DNA of 64,000 nt from a virus. Taxonomy: Duplodnaviria > Caudoviricetes. A program made the position numbers and the translations under genes. The stretch lies in the IMG/VR virus record IMGVR_UViG_2770939586_000001. One strand, written 5' to 3'. Shown here piece after piece: positions 45,259 to 54,476 of the stretch; the first letter of the stretch is position 1; every line of letters starts with the position of its first letter. Under the pieces are notes generated by a model. The model was not told the origin of the DNA. It was given only the letters and a program-made list of their open reading frames with translations, and searched no databases.

Positions 45259-48200
45259 ATGCAGCCGATTTCAGATGAGTTTAGAAAGCTTATTAAGAAT
45301 CATGTCAAAGTCGGACCGCATGAAATGCCTGTGTGTATAGTAGAAGTAGACCGAATGGTATTTGTACCGGGGCGTGTAGAGGAGATTCAGTATCTCGTTG
45401 GTGATCCAAACGTAAAGACGGTGCAGGATAGTAGTATCATAGGAGAAGGAGAAACGATTCCGACAGATGGAATTGTGTTTCCGGTGAAAGGAAAAACACT
45501 TGCGGATGTAGGATCGAAGTTCGGGATGCGATTACATCCGATTGACCATGTATGGAAAATGCATACAGGGGTAGATATTGGTGCTCCACAAGGTACACCA
45601 ATTCTAGCAGCGTGGGGTGGAACGGTCAAAAAAGCCGGATGGCAAAATGGCTATGGTAATACAGTAATAATCGATCATGGGCATGGATATTATACACGTT
45701 ATGGTCATATGTGTGATAACTGCATCAATGTAAAAGAGGGAACCATTGTGAAATCTGGGCAGGAAATTGGTGCGGTCGGGAGTACTGGAAAGTCGACGAA
45801 ACCGCATCTTCACTTTGAAGTACTGTATAAAGGAGTAGACCCAGCTACTAGCTATGCCCGTGACCCGTTGCCATACCTGCAAAAGAAGCAGACCGTTCCT
45901 GCACCCGTGCAGAACACAGGACCTGATGTTGTGACACAAACGCCTATTACGTTTAGTTTAGGGGCGATGGCTTTTTCAGCAACGTTTGATTTATCTAAAT
46001 GGGCGAGTATGCCGGAGTTGAAACTCCCTGGTAAAGAAGACTTTTATTTTAAGGGTTTAAATCCAAAAGTAACGGGTATTCCGGTTATTTACTTTGAATT
46101 TGATCCAGCAAAAATGCTGGAGGAGGGGCTAAGCACCGCAGTTGGTCGTCCGTTGATACTGAATCTTGATTTAGAGAAACGCGCACTACTTGATGTGTCA
46201 TTTCTCACAAATTTTGTTTCAGACTCAGGTGATTCTTTTTCTATCATGGTTAACGGAGTAACAAAAGCTGTTTTGAAAAAGTTTAAGCCGGGAGCGACCG
46301 TGGATCGGTTATCAGATATTTTATTGGAAGCGGGGAAGACAGAAATACAGTTCGTAGTATATTGGCATGGTCCTTCTCATCCACAAGACAAAGTTTTGAA
46401 ACGGTTCGGTTTCAAGTCGATTAATGTACGCTACGTGAATGAAATTGTTGGTCAGTCTCAATCTCAATCAGAATCAGACGATCCAACCTTGATTGCTCGT
46501 TCGTTAGCCAACGTATTTAACCCTACGCGGCGGGAGAAAATCTCGCTTCCGGTCGGTGATTTCGTGCCAGCAGAAACGATTCGATTGGATAATGTGAAAG
46601 AAGTAGAAATCGATGACAAATTCGAGATGGAAGCAGCAGAGGCGAGAATTATCATGTCGAATCCAAAAGGCTTTTATTCGTCTACGTATGATACAGGTTT
46701 ATTCCCAGAGCTTCGCTATGAAACACCATTTTCCTATACGGCTAATGGTGTTCACATGGGACTACTGTCTGAGAATACACCGATTCGTATTCATATGGGA
46801 TATGGTCGGCACACAATACGAGTGTTTACCGGGCTGATTGATAAAGTAGATAGTAATAGCGAGGAAGAAACGATTACCATAACATGCCGGAACATGTACA
46901 AGCGGTTGATCGAAAAGGTTGTTACAGAGGATTTGGAATATGGCTATTCAGCGAGCGATGCATCTGTTGCGAATGTAGCGGCAGCGTTGAATGATGGTAC
47001 GGATGTTGATAATTTATCGCGACTGAAAAAAATCATTTACTACGCTCAAAAGTGGGCTAAGCATTATGGTGTGGACCCGATTGTGATTCTGGCTGTTGCT
47101 CAAAAGGAAACAGAACTTGGTACAACAGGTGCAGGTCGGGAGGTTGGGGGAGATTACATCTGTGGATATGGAGTGCCGAGTAAAACAAAAAAACTTCCGC
47201 AATTCGCAGGAATCGAAGCTCAATGCAAAGCGGTTGCCGAACGTATGAAAAAGGTGTGCGGTACAGGAGAAGTTACTCGCGAGTACATCAGGAAACTTTG
47301 GATATCGTATGAAAATGGCGATCCTACATGGACACCAGATGTGTGGAGTATTTATCAAAAAATGAAGGGAGATGCTCAATTCACAGAAGCAGTGTTCAAG
47401 GCAGACTCCGCACCTGTCCCGAGTGGGAACACGTCTAATTTATCTGTTAATATCAAGCAGAATTTGTTACGTATGAATCCAAAATCTCGTTCAGGGAAAA
47501 AGTTAAAAGGAGTAAAAGGCATTGTTCTTCACTACACGGCAGGTCCTGGACAAAGCGCCGAGCAAATTCGTAACTACTTCAATAATATTTCAGACCGTTA
47601 CGCATCTGCTAATTATGTAGTAGATGATTCAACTATTGTACAATGCATCCCAGATGATGAGGAGGCTTATCATTGCGGTGCTGAACATTATCAACCAGGT
47701 GTGACGGATGCTTTGGGCAATCACCCGAATGAAACCACACTCGGTATCGAGATGTGTGTAGATAGCAACAATCAAATTACAGCAGCGACATATCAGAACG
47801 CAGTCAACTTGACAGCCTATTTGTGCAAAAAATACGGCCTAACAGCAGGACAACTATGGCGACATCATGATATTACGGGAAAAGATTGTCCGGCACCATG
47901 GGTAGACGATCCGTCGAAATGGGAGAAGTTTAAAAAAGATGTAGCCGCAAAACTGGATGGACAAGGTGTGACGACTGTTTCGGCACAGGAAGCAGCTGGG
48001 TTATCATCGTATTGGTTGAAGTCAGCTATTTTACAGGACTTGATTCGTGTCGGCGGCCTTGTTGGTTGGAGAAAGCAATATGAAGATCGAATATATCCTG
48101 ATTCTATCATCGAAGAAACATATTACATCGATGTGAAACCAGAAAAACGAATGGTGGTCAAGGCGAATCCGGCAGAGAATGGGGAATATACTTTCTCAGA

Positions 48201-48873
48201 AATTCCACTTACTACCATCAAGACGATAGATGGATGGAAGAACGGGCTATATCAGCTCCCAACTACATTTTCGGCGTTCAAATACAAGGTGAATGAATGT
48301 ATCCGTGAAATCACGAAGGACACAAACTATCGGACATGGTGTGACCGATATGGAACATTCCGAGCAGAGCCTGTTGAGTATGATTCTCCAGTGGTGGAAC
48401 GTTTTACAGACATGGAGAATCTATGTGCGGTCAGTTCTTCAATCGATTACTCACGGGCGAGGTCGCATGTGATTGTAGTAGATGGGACAGGTAAGGCGCG
48501 GCATTACATTGACCCAGAGATTCTGCTCGAGCTGAAAGGAGAGTTGCGCAGCGCAGTATTAGAAGTGTCGTGGGCTAAGACTGATGAACAAAAAGACGAA
48601 GATGCACGCCGTGTATTCTGGGATATGAAACGTATGTGCCGCACACTACAAGTCTCGATCCCAGCGCATCCTCATTTGGACGTACTCGATTGTATTCATA
48701 TATCTGATGTACGAACATGTACACGGGGTGACTTTACGATAAAGGGGATTCATACTACGTTTAAAGAAGGTGCGGAGTTTACGCAGACACTTGACCTTAC
48801 TTGGATGGAAACAAATGAGATGATAACAAAAAATAATGCGAGATTGATCGCGAGTGAAGCGAAGCAGGCGTAA
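45259..48873 (+). CDS. Tail hub / tail-associated lysin with M23 peptidase, lysozyme-like and Amidase_2 domains
   Basis: HTGVD and PHLH (M23); YGVDPIVILAVAQKET (lysozyme-like); IVLHYTA..HHDITGKDCP (amidase); RVFTGLID and PHLDVLDCIHI hub motifs. Confidence 0.85.
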   Translation: MQPISDEFRKLIKNHVKVGPHEMPVCIVEVDRMVFVPGRVEEIQYLVGDPNVKTVQDSSIIGEGETIPTDGIVFPVKGKTLADVGSKFGMRLHPIDHVWKMHTGVDIGAPQGTPILAAWGGTVKKAGWQNGYGNTVIIDHGHGYYTRYGHMCDNCINVKEGTIVKSGQEIGAVGSTGKSTKPHLHFEVLYKGVDPATSYARDPLPYLQKKQTVPAPVQNTGPDVVTQTPITFSLGAMAFSATFDLSKWASMPELKLPGKEDFYFKGLNPKVTGIPVIYFEFDPAKMLEEGLSTAVGRPLILNLDLEKRALLDVSFLTNFVSDSGDSFSIMVNGVTKAVLKKFKPGATVDRLSDILLEAGKTEIQFVVYWHGPSHPQDKVLKRFGFKSINVRYVNEIVGQSQSQSESDDPTLIARSLANVFNPTRREKISLPVGDFVPAETIRLDNVKEVEIDDKFEMEAAEARIIMSNPKGFYSSTYDTGLFPELRYETPFSYTANGVHMGLLSENTPIRIHMGYGRHTIRVFTGLIDKVDSNSEEETITITCRNMYKRLIEKVVTEDLEYGYSASDASVANVAAALNDGTDVDNLSRLKKIIYYAQKWAKHYGVDPIVILAVAQKETELGTTGAGREVGGDYICGYGVPSKTKKLPQFAGIEAQCKAVAERMKKVCGTGEVTREYIRKLWISYENGDPTWTPDVWSIYQKMKGDAQFTEAVFKADSAPVPSGNTSNLSVNIKQNLLRMNPKSRSGKKLKGVKGIVLHYTAGPGQSAEQIRNYFNNISDRYASANYVVDDSTIVQCIPDDEEAYHCGAEHYQPGVTDALGNHPNETTLGIEMCVDSNNQITAATYQNAVNLTAYLCKKYGLTAGQLWRHHDITGKDCPAPWVDDPSKWEKFKKDVAAKLDGQGVTTVSAQEAAGLSSYWLKSAILQDLIRVGGLVGWRKQYEDRIYPDSIIEETYYIDVKPEKRMVVKANPAENGEYTFSEIPLTTIKTIDGWKNGLYQLPTTFSAFKYKVNECIREITKDTNYRTWCDRYGTFRAEPVEYDSPVVERFTDMENLCAVSSSIDYSRARSHVIVVDGTGKARHYIDPEILLELKGELRSAVLEVSWAKTDEQKDEDARRVFWDMKRMCRTLQVSIPAHPHLDVLDCIHISDVRTCTRGDFTIKGIHTTFKEGAEFTQTLDLTWMETNEMITKNNARLIASEAKQA

Positions 48874-48891
48874 CATAGCGTCTGCTTTTTT
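48862..48891 (+). terminator. Intrinsic terminator
   Basis: AAGCAGGCG...CGTCTGCTT-TTTT. Confidence 0.65.
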
Positions 48892-48918
48892 GTATATTCT
48901 ACTTTCGAGGTGGTATTT

Positions 48919-49365
48919 GTGGCCGGTATTGTGAATGACTATCTGATTTATCCTGTCCTTGATCTAATCAAAGCAGGGGTTAAAGATGCGATGTCCAACG
49001 TAAAAGATGCTGAAGATGGCATTGACTTTTTTAACGGTATCCCATCGGTTGAGTTAATTCGGGACCATCCAAATGATTCATCCAAGACGTTTCTTACACA
49101 AGTCATTCAGACGTATGAAAATGGATATGTGATGAGTGTGCGATTACTTTATGGAGACGACAGTTCACCGTATCACAAATGGCGATTAAGCGGAGTAATA
49201 TCGAGTCTGATGAATGAAGAGGGAGAATTAGTTCTTCAACATGAGCTTGTGTTGCTTTATGGAGAAAGAAACGAAGTGAAGTTTGCAGACGTTACGTGTT
49301 TGTATGGTCCTGATGACTGGGAAGATGAAGGAGAGGATATGATTGACGAAGAGACAGATTATTAA
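48919..49365 (+). CDS. Hypothetical tail-region protein
   Basis: GAGGTG RBS, GTG 48919. Confidence 0.65.
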   Translation: MAGIVNDYLIYPVLDLIKAGVKDAMSNVKDAEDGIDFFNGIPSVELIRDHPNDSSKTFLTQVIQTYENGYVMSVRLLYGDDSSPYHKWRLSGVISSLMNEEGELVLQHELVLLYGERNEVKFADVTCLYGPDDWEDEGEDMIDEETDY

Positions 49366-49756
49366 CGCGAATAGCCAATTTACGGTAGCTGAACTTAGTG
49401 GTGGTCGATTAAGCTGGCCGTTCTTTCCATCGAAAATAAAGCCGTTTGTAAAAGGTTTTTGCTTGGAAGTTCCGGGAATCAGCGGTGTACATCGCATGAC
49501 ATACTCGCCGCCGATGGATGCGGAGCTGTTAAGTGTCGCGGTAGGAGCGAGTAGGTATGACTCGAAAGACAACTGGAGTGTAGAGATTAACGGAGAGCGG
49601 TTTATTGAGAGTATATATACAAAGGACTTGCCAGAAGGAATGTATCTAATGGTTGTAAAACCAGTGTTGACCGGAGATGAAATGAAATTCGTGTTTGATA
49701 ATCAAAGCGGTGAGCCGAAAGAAGTCTGGTTCAATTACCAGTTTCTGATCGACTAG
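49343..49756 (+). CDS. Hypothetical beta-rich virion protein
   Basis: ORF coupled within the tail operon. Confidence 0.65.
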   Translation: MTKRQIINANSQFTVAELSGGRLSWPFFPSKIKPFVKGFCLEVPGISGVHRMTYSPPMDAELLSVAVGASRYDSKDNWSVEINGERFIESIYTKDLPEGMYLMVVKPVLTGDEMKFVFDNQSGEPKEVWFNYQFLID

Positions 49757-49764
49757 GTGATCAC

Positions 49765-51042
49765 ATGACGGTGAAATGGCTTGATTTTTATGTAAGAGAT
49801 GCTGATTTTGGACAAAGGCTTGCGGAAGAGTTGAAAAGTAAGGGTTGGCAGGTGTTTGAATTTTATCAGATCGTGTACGACTTCCCGATTGATGCACCGC
49901 CGGATGAAGCACTTGTACAGGTGGCGCGACACTATGTATTTCGGAACGCCGCAGGTGCTTATGTTGGAGTAGCTTATACAGGTAGCGTAACAGTAGGTGT
50001 TCCAGTAGATGATGAGGGGATAGTAGATTTACTACTTTTCGCAGAAGTATGTCGTGCTGCTGATACGAAAGAATTCGAATGGTATACGTATATGCTCGAT
50101 GACTTTGAATGGGCGGAGCAAGAAGCAACGTTTATCGAATCGGGTGACTTTCTACAACGTGTTCTTGATGTTTCCTCATCAGGGGGGATTCACCAATCCT
50201 ATATCGCACACATCGGATATAAGGACATTGATTCGATACCGGAAGTACAGTCGTATAATACTGCGTATAAAGTAAAAGATACAAAGACTAACTGGTGGCC
50301 AGATAGTGAGATTCACGTTATCGGCCATTGTACAGATTTACACTTTTTTATACTGCTGCAATATGATGTATCGCCAAAATGGACAGATATGCACTTTCCG
50401 TATGTACCACTTTTTTTCGGTAACTTTGTATTAGCCAGCAAGAAGAAATTACCGAAGGGGTGGAGAGGAAATGTGGCGCTGTTTACCGGATCATGTCGTG
50501 TTACCCCAAAAGATTCAATTGTTCCAGTGGATCAAATACTGTTATCAGATCGTGGTGATGGAATCACAAGTGTAATTGTCAAAGAAAGTATTGATGGCTA
50601 CTATTATAAAGCACATTACCTGGAATGGTTTCGTATACCTGAAATATCGCCTCCACATGATGAAATAACGTATAATGAATATAGGAAGGCGATTGATCAC
50701 GAATCGTATCCTTATCATTTTGAACCGAATCCATCAAAGTATGATGAGCATACGCAAACATCGCCGCTGTATATTTTTGATAAGGATAAAGGTGTATACG
50801 GGCACCCGCCAGATGTAGTAGTAGTGTCACCGATAACAGGGATGACGAATGGAAAGAAACTGCTTGCAGAACATCCGTGTCGAAAGGATAGTCCTGGTGT
50901 GTACCAGTATCAAGTTATCGATGCGCCACATACGCCGCTAGTAAGACCGTTGGATAATGGAGAGATGTATCCGCAGTACGTAGGGATTGGATTGTTGCGA
51001 AAGGGGACAACGTTCCATTCGCGTAGTGACATGACAATGTGA
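49765..51042 (+). CDS. Virion structural protein, paralog 1
   Basis: KDTKTNWWPDSEI, VPLFFG, NPSKY shared with downstream paralogs. Confidence 0.7.
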   Translation: MTVKWLDFYVRDADFGQRLAEELKSKGWQVFEFYQIVYDFPIDAPPDEALVQVARHYVFRNAAGAYVGVAYTGSVTVGVPVDDEGIVDLLLFAEVCRAADTKEFEWYTYMLDDFEWAEQEATFIESGDFLQRVLDVSSSGGIHQSYIAHIGYKDIDSIPEVQSYNTAYKVKDTKTNWWPDSEIHVIGHCTDLHFFILLQYDVSPKWTDMHFPYVPLFFGNFVLASKKKLPKGWRGNVALFTGSCRVTPKDSIVPVDQILLSDRGDGITSVIVKESIDGYYYKAHYLEWFRIPEISPPHDEITYNEYRKAIDHESYPYHFEPNPSKYDEHTQTSPLYIFDKDKGVYGHPPDVVVVSPITGMTNGKKLLAEHPCRKDSPGVYQYQVIDAPHTPLVRPLDNGEMYPQYVGIGLLRKGTTFHSRSDMTM

Positions 51043-51054
51043 GGAGATGATAGG

Positions 51055-52650
51055 ATGCCACACTATGATACACATATGATGCCGGAATCAAAACGGTTGA
51101 AAGAGCCGTATTTTCAGGAGAGATTTACGGAACTGATTACAGGATATGAAGGAAGTACATGGAAGCTGGAACGAGTATTTTACAAGGCTGTGTACGATTC
51201 ATCGGCGCTACACGATGAGATAAATGCGAATAAACCAGATTCTGTTCCGGAACCACAAGCGCTTATTGATGTAGCGGTAGCAAAGCATTATGTGTTCAAA
51301 AACGAAAATTTGCCCAAGGCGTACTTTGGCATTGTGATCATTGGTTCGGTTTGCTACGAGTATGAAAAACTGAAAAAGGAAGGGCAGCTACCGAAAAACG
51401 ACCTTGACAGTCCTGAAACAGCTGCATTCTTACAGATGGTTCAAGAGAAGATCGAATCACTTGAACCGTCACCTACAGATGACCCGCCAAAAGTAACGAA
51501 ATTCTACGATGCGTCTACTATTTACTTTTATACCTGTGAGCATATGCCTTCTATCGAAAATGAAGGATGGAGCATCATGCCGTGGGATAACTGGCGGTAC
51601 GGAACGGTAGATGCTGTTGATCGCCGAACCATGAATAATGCCGCTGTTGATATCGAAGTCTGGAAAACGCAGTACAATGAGAATGCTGACTTTGTGATTC
51701 TGGAGCCAGAGCCATATTGTATGCAGTCTCCTATCGTAAAATCTACACTACGCTGGTCAGAGCCACCGCTAGAACGTAAATACAATCCATCCTATAAAAT
51801 CGAGGACACAAAAACAAACTGGTGGTATGATTCAGAGATTCGACTCACTGGGTTCATTGATAATTACAGTATGTTCTTTTCGCTTCAAGCTGATAATACG
51901 CCAGCATGGGAGGACAATGTTGTTCCGAAGGTTCCGCTATACTTTGGAGCATTTGAACCGTTGAAAAAAGAAGGAGAAAATGGAGAGCAAGTAGATTCTG
52001 AGCCGTTGGGAGATGTAACAGTTCTATTTGCTGGCGCGTTGCCATTAGTGGGAAAAAGCAAGGTGGAACAGTTCGAAAACATACCGAGATATGACTTTGA
52101 TAACGATGACAAAAAGTACGTAACGCCGCCGATGTTCCCTATTCTGAAAAACTATGCAAGACATCCAGGGAATGGATTGAATAATTGTATCGTGCGAAAG
52201 GCGAAAGCGGGCGGGCGTTACGAAGGGTACTACCTCTCCTTGGATACTGTACCAAATGAAATGCCGCCAAAACGTGCAGGTACGTACAGCACAGAGTTCA
52301 GTCGAGAGATGGAGCGCGGTTATCCACGAGCATGGCAGAACCACATGAATCCAGCGTATAACTACGAACATACACCATCACGTTATACGGATCGTGCGCA
52401 TGTATCCAAAATCTACATTGACCATCCAGAGGAAGGAAAACGCGGTTTCTTACGTCATGCGATCGGATCGGTACCAGTTGGTAAGGTGGCGACACGGATT
52501 CGATTGGAGAAAGAACCATGTGCTGCGGTGGAGTCTGGTAATAAATACGACTATTTTAAAATGCATGTATTTGATGGACTTTCCCCTCTAACTGTACGAC
52601 CAGGAACACCCTACCGTCCAGTTGGTGTAGGAATTAAGGATACGGAATAG
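51055..52650 (+). CDS. Virion structural protein, paralog 2
   Basis: EDTKTNWWYDSEI, VPLYFG, TPSRYTDR. Confidence 0.7.
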   Translation: MPHYDTHMMPESKRLKEPYFQERFTELITGYEGSTWKLERVFYKAVYDSSALHDEINANKPDSVPEPQALIDVAVAKHYVFKNENLPKAYFGIVIIGSVCYEYEKLKKEGQLPKNDLDSPETAAFLQMVQEKIESLEPSPTDDPPKVTKFYDASTIYFYTCEHMPSIENEGWSIMPWDNWRYGTVDAVDRRTMNNAAVDIEVWKTQYNENADFVILEPEPYCMQSPIVKSTLRWSEPPLERKYNPSYKIEDTKTNWWYDSEIRLTGFIDNYSMFFSLQADNTPAWEDNVVPKVPLYFGAFEPLKKEGENGEQVDSEPLGDVTVLFAGALPLVGKSKVEQFENIPRYDFDNDDKKYVTPPMFPILKNYARHPGNGLNNCIVRKAKAGGRYEGYYLSLDTVPNEMPPKRAGTYSTEFSREMERGYPRAWQNHMNPAYNYEHTPSRYTDRAHVSKIYIDHPEEGKRGFLRHAIGSVPVGKVATRIRLEKEPCAAVESGNKYDYFKMHVFDGLSPLTVRPGTPYRPVGVGIKDTE

Positions 52651-52667
52651 ATGGGAGATGTGAGGAG

Positions 52668-54458
52668 ATGTTTGTAAAAGAAAAGTTCCTTATGCAGTTG
52701 CTGCCGGACAACTTAGAGAGTCTGTTTAATGATTGGGGATGGGAGACGATTTTTCGATATCGACTCCATTTCGACTCGGGCCCAGGTAAAAAGGCAAAGG
52801 ATTATGCACGAGTTCATCTGTTTCGTTCAACAGGATCAGACGGGGTGATTCGTCACTTCGGAATGATTCATACCCATGGCCGAGAACCATTACCGGGGTT
52901 TGGACAAGAAGAAATTATTTCGCACACTTCCCCGCTTGGAGCGCTGAAAAGAGCGTTCGATGAAACGGGAGGTACATTGATTGATAAATTCTTTCTACCT
53001 GTCTATCCGATTACATTACCTTACGTAAAGGTATTCAATGAATCAGGTGTTCCGGTAGATCCGGCAGGGTACTATATTGAAAACGAAGAGGACCGCAAAC
53101 GAGGAATTATCTCCATTATTGGAGGAACTGAAGCATACAAAGTCACATACGGTATTGACCCTGATGCGCCGGATGTTCCGCGTAAAACATGGTTTTTCCT
53201 GCTAGATGAAGTGATTGTCAAGAAAGTAGATAAAGCAACAAAATCTGAATTTACCGATGTGGAGTTCAATCCAAAACAAGACCCGCAGTATGATGTTGAT
53301 ATGACAGCAATCAAATCATTTGACCCGGATAATGGATATGAAGTGTTTGAAGCAGTCATTAATTCGTTCTTGCTGGACGATCCAGATTACGCAGAATCCA
53401 TGTATTTTATTCGACTTCTCAATCCGTCATTTCCCTCTACTGCAACGTATATTGACAAGTACGAAGCAGGATGGGGACGGGATACGGAAATTACGGTATG
53501 GGGAAACATTACAAAAAATCGCATTGCCTTGAATTTGCGTGTCGATCCAGCACCGGGACCTGAAAAGGCGTATTTTGTACCACTGTATATTGGAAAGCTC
53601 ATTACAATGGGGAAATGGCCGCAACTAAACAGTATACTAATTACTGGAACAACGGAGAAGGATGAGATTCGTGTTTTGTCACCGTCAAGCGGACTGACAG
53701 CAGATAAACTTTCTGTACGACCAAGCGCTCCAGCTCCAAAAGTTATTCAGGAACAAATAGGTGTGATTGATCATGGTGGGTGGGCATCCAATGGAAATGA
53801 TAGCGTGATGCTACATCGTACCATCGGCGGAGCCAACTATCAGCGCCATGTGTTTCAATTTATCACATTCGATGATAAGGCGGCACCGGACCCGGAGCAC
53901 AAATACAATCCATCTGCTTACACAGATCGTTATCACGTCTCTGCGATGGCAATTTCACACTGTAATGATGGAACAATCGGCGTGTTGGATGAAGTGTATG
54001 CGGTACACCCTAAAGGTATTGGACAGAGTGAAGAGCTTGAAATTGTAGAAGATGTTCACAATGAAATGGTCAGTATAGGGGACGGAGAGACGTACATTTT
54101 TCACCTGCGGCACGCCCCGATAGAGGGAACGCTACGTCTGCGATTGGGGGCGATGCCGGGAGAAACGGAATGTACGGAGATATTGGATGGCGAGTATGCG
54201 ATTTATACAGAGGAAGGTCTGAAACCTGATGGTTCTCCTAACCCTGATAAAGACAAGGAATTGAAGATGATAAAGATTATTAGGAAAGAGAAAACGCCGA
54301 AGCTGGGACAGGTATTGTACGCAGATTATAAGTTTGAACAGACGTACGTATTCAATCTGCCTACTACACCAATTACCCCGTTTCGTTTGCCAGATGTAAC
54401 ACCATACAATCCGATTGGATGGGCTTTGTTAAAATCAAATACGAAATTAACACCGTGA
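52668..54458 (+). CDS. Virion structural protein, paralog 3
   Basis: WGRDTEI, VPLYIG, NPSAYTDR. Confidence 0.7.
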   Translation: MFVKEKFLMQLLPDNLESLFNDWGWETIFRYRLHFDSGPGKKAKDYARVHLFRSTGSDGVIRHFGMIHTHGREPLPGFGQEEIISHTSPLGALKRAFDETGGTLIDKFFLPVYPITLPYVKVFNESGVPVDPAGYYIENEEDRKRGIISIIGGTEAYKVTYGIDPDAPDVPRKTWFFLLDEVIVKKVDKATKSEFTDVEFNPKQDPQYDVDMTAIKSFDPDNGYEVFEAVINSFLLDDPDYAESMYFIRLLNPSFPSTATYIDKYEAGWGRDTEITVWGNITKNRIALNLRVDPAPGPEKAYFVPLYIGKLITMGKWPQLNSILITGTTEKDEIRVLSPSSGLTADKLSVRPSAPAPKVIQEQIGVIDHGGWASNGNDSVMLHRTIGGANYQRHVFQFITFDDKAAPDPEHKYNPSAYTDRYHVSAMAISHCNDGTIGVLDEVYAVHPKGIGQSEELEIVEDVHNEMVSIGDGETYIFHLRHAPIEGTLRLRLGAMPGETECTEILDGEYAIYTEEGLKPDGSPNPDKDKELKMIKIIRKEKTPKLGQVLYADYKFEQTYVFNLPTTPITPFRLPDVTPYNPIGWALLKSNTKLTP

Positions 54459-54476
54459 TAGAAGGAGGGGGAGCTG

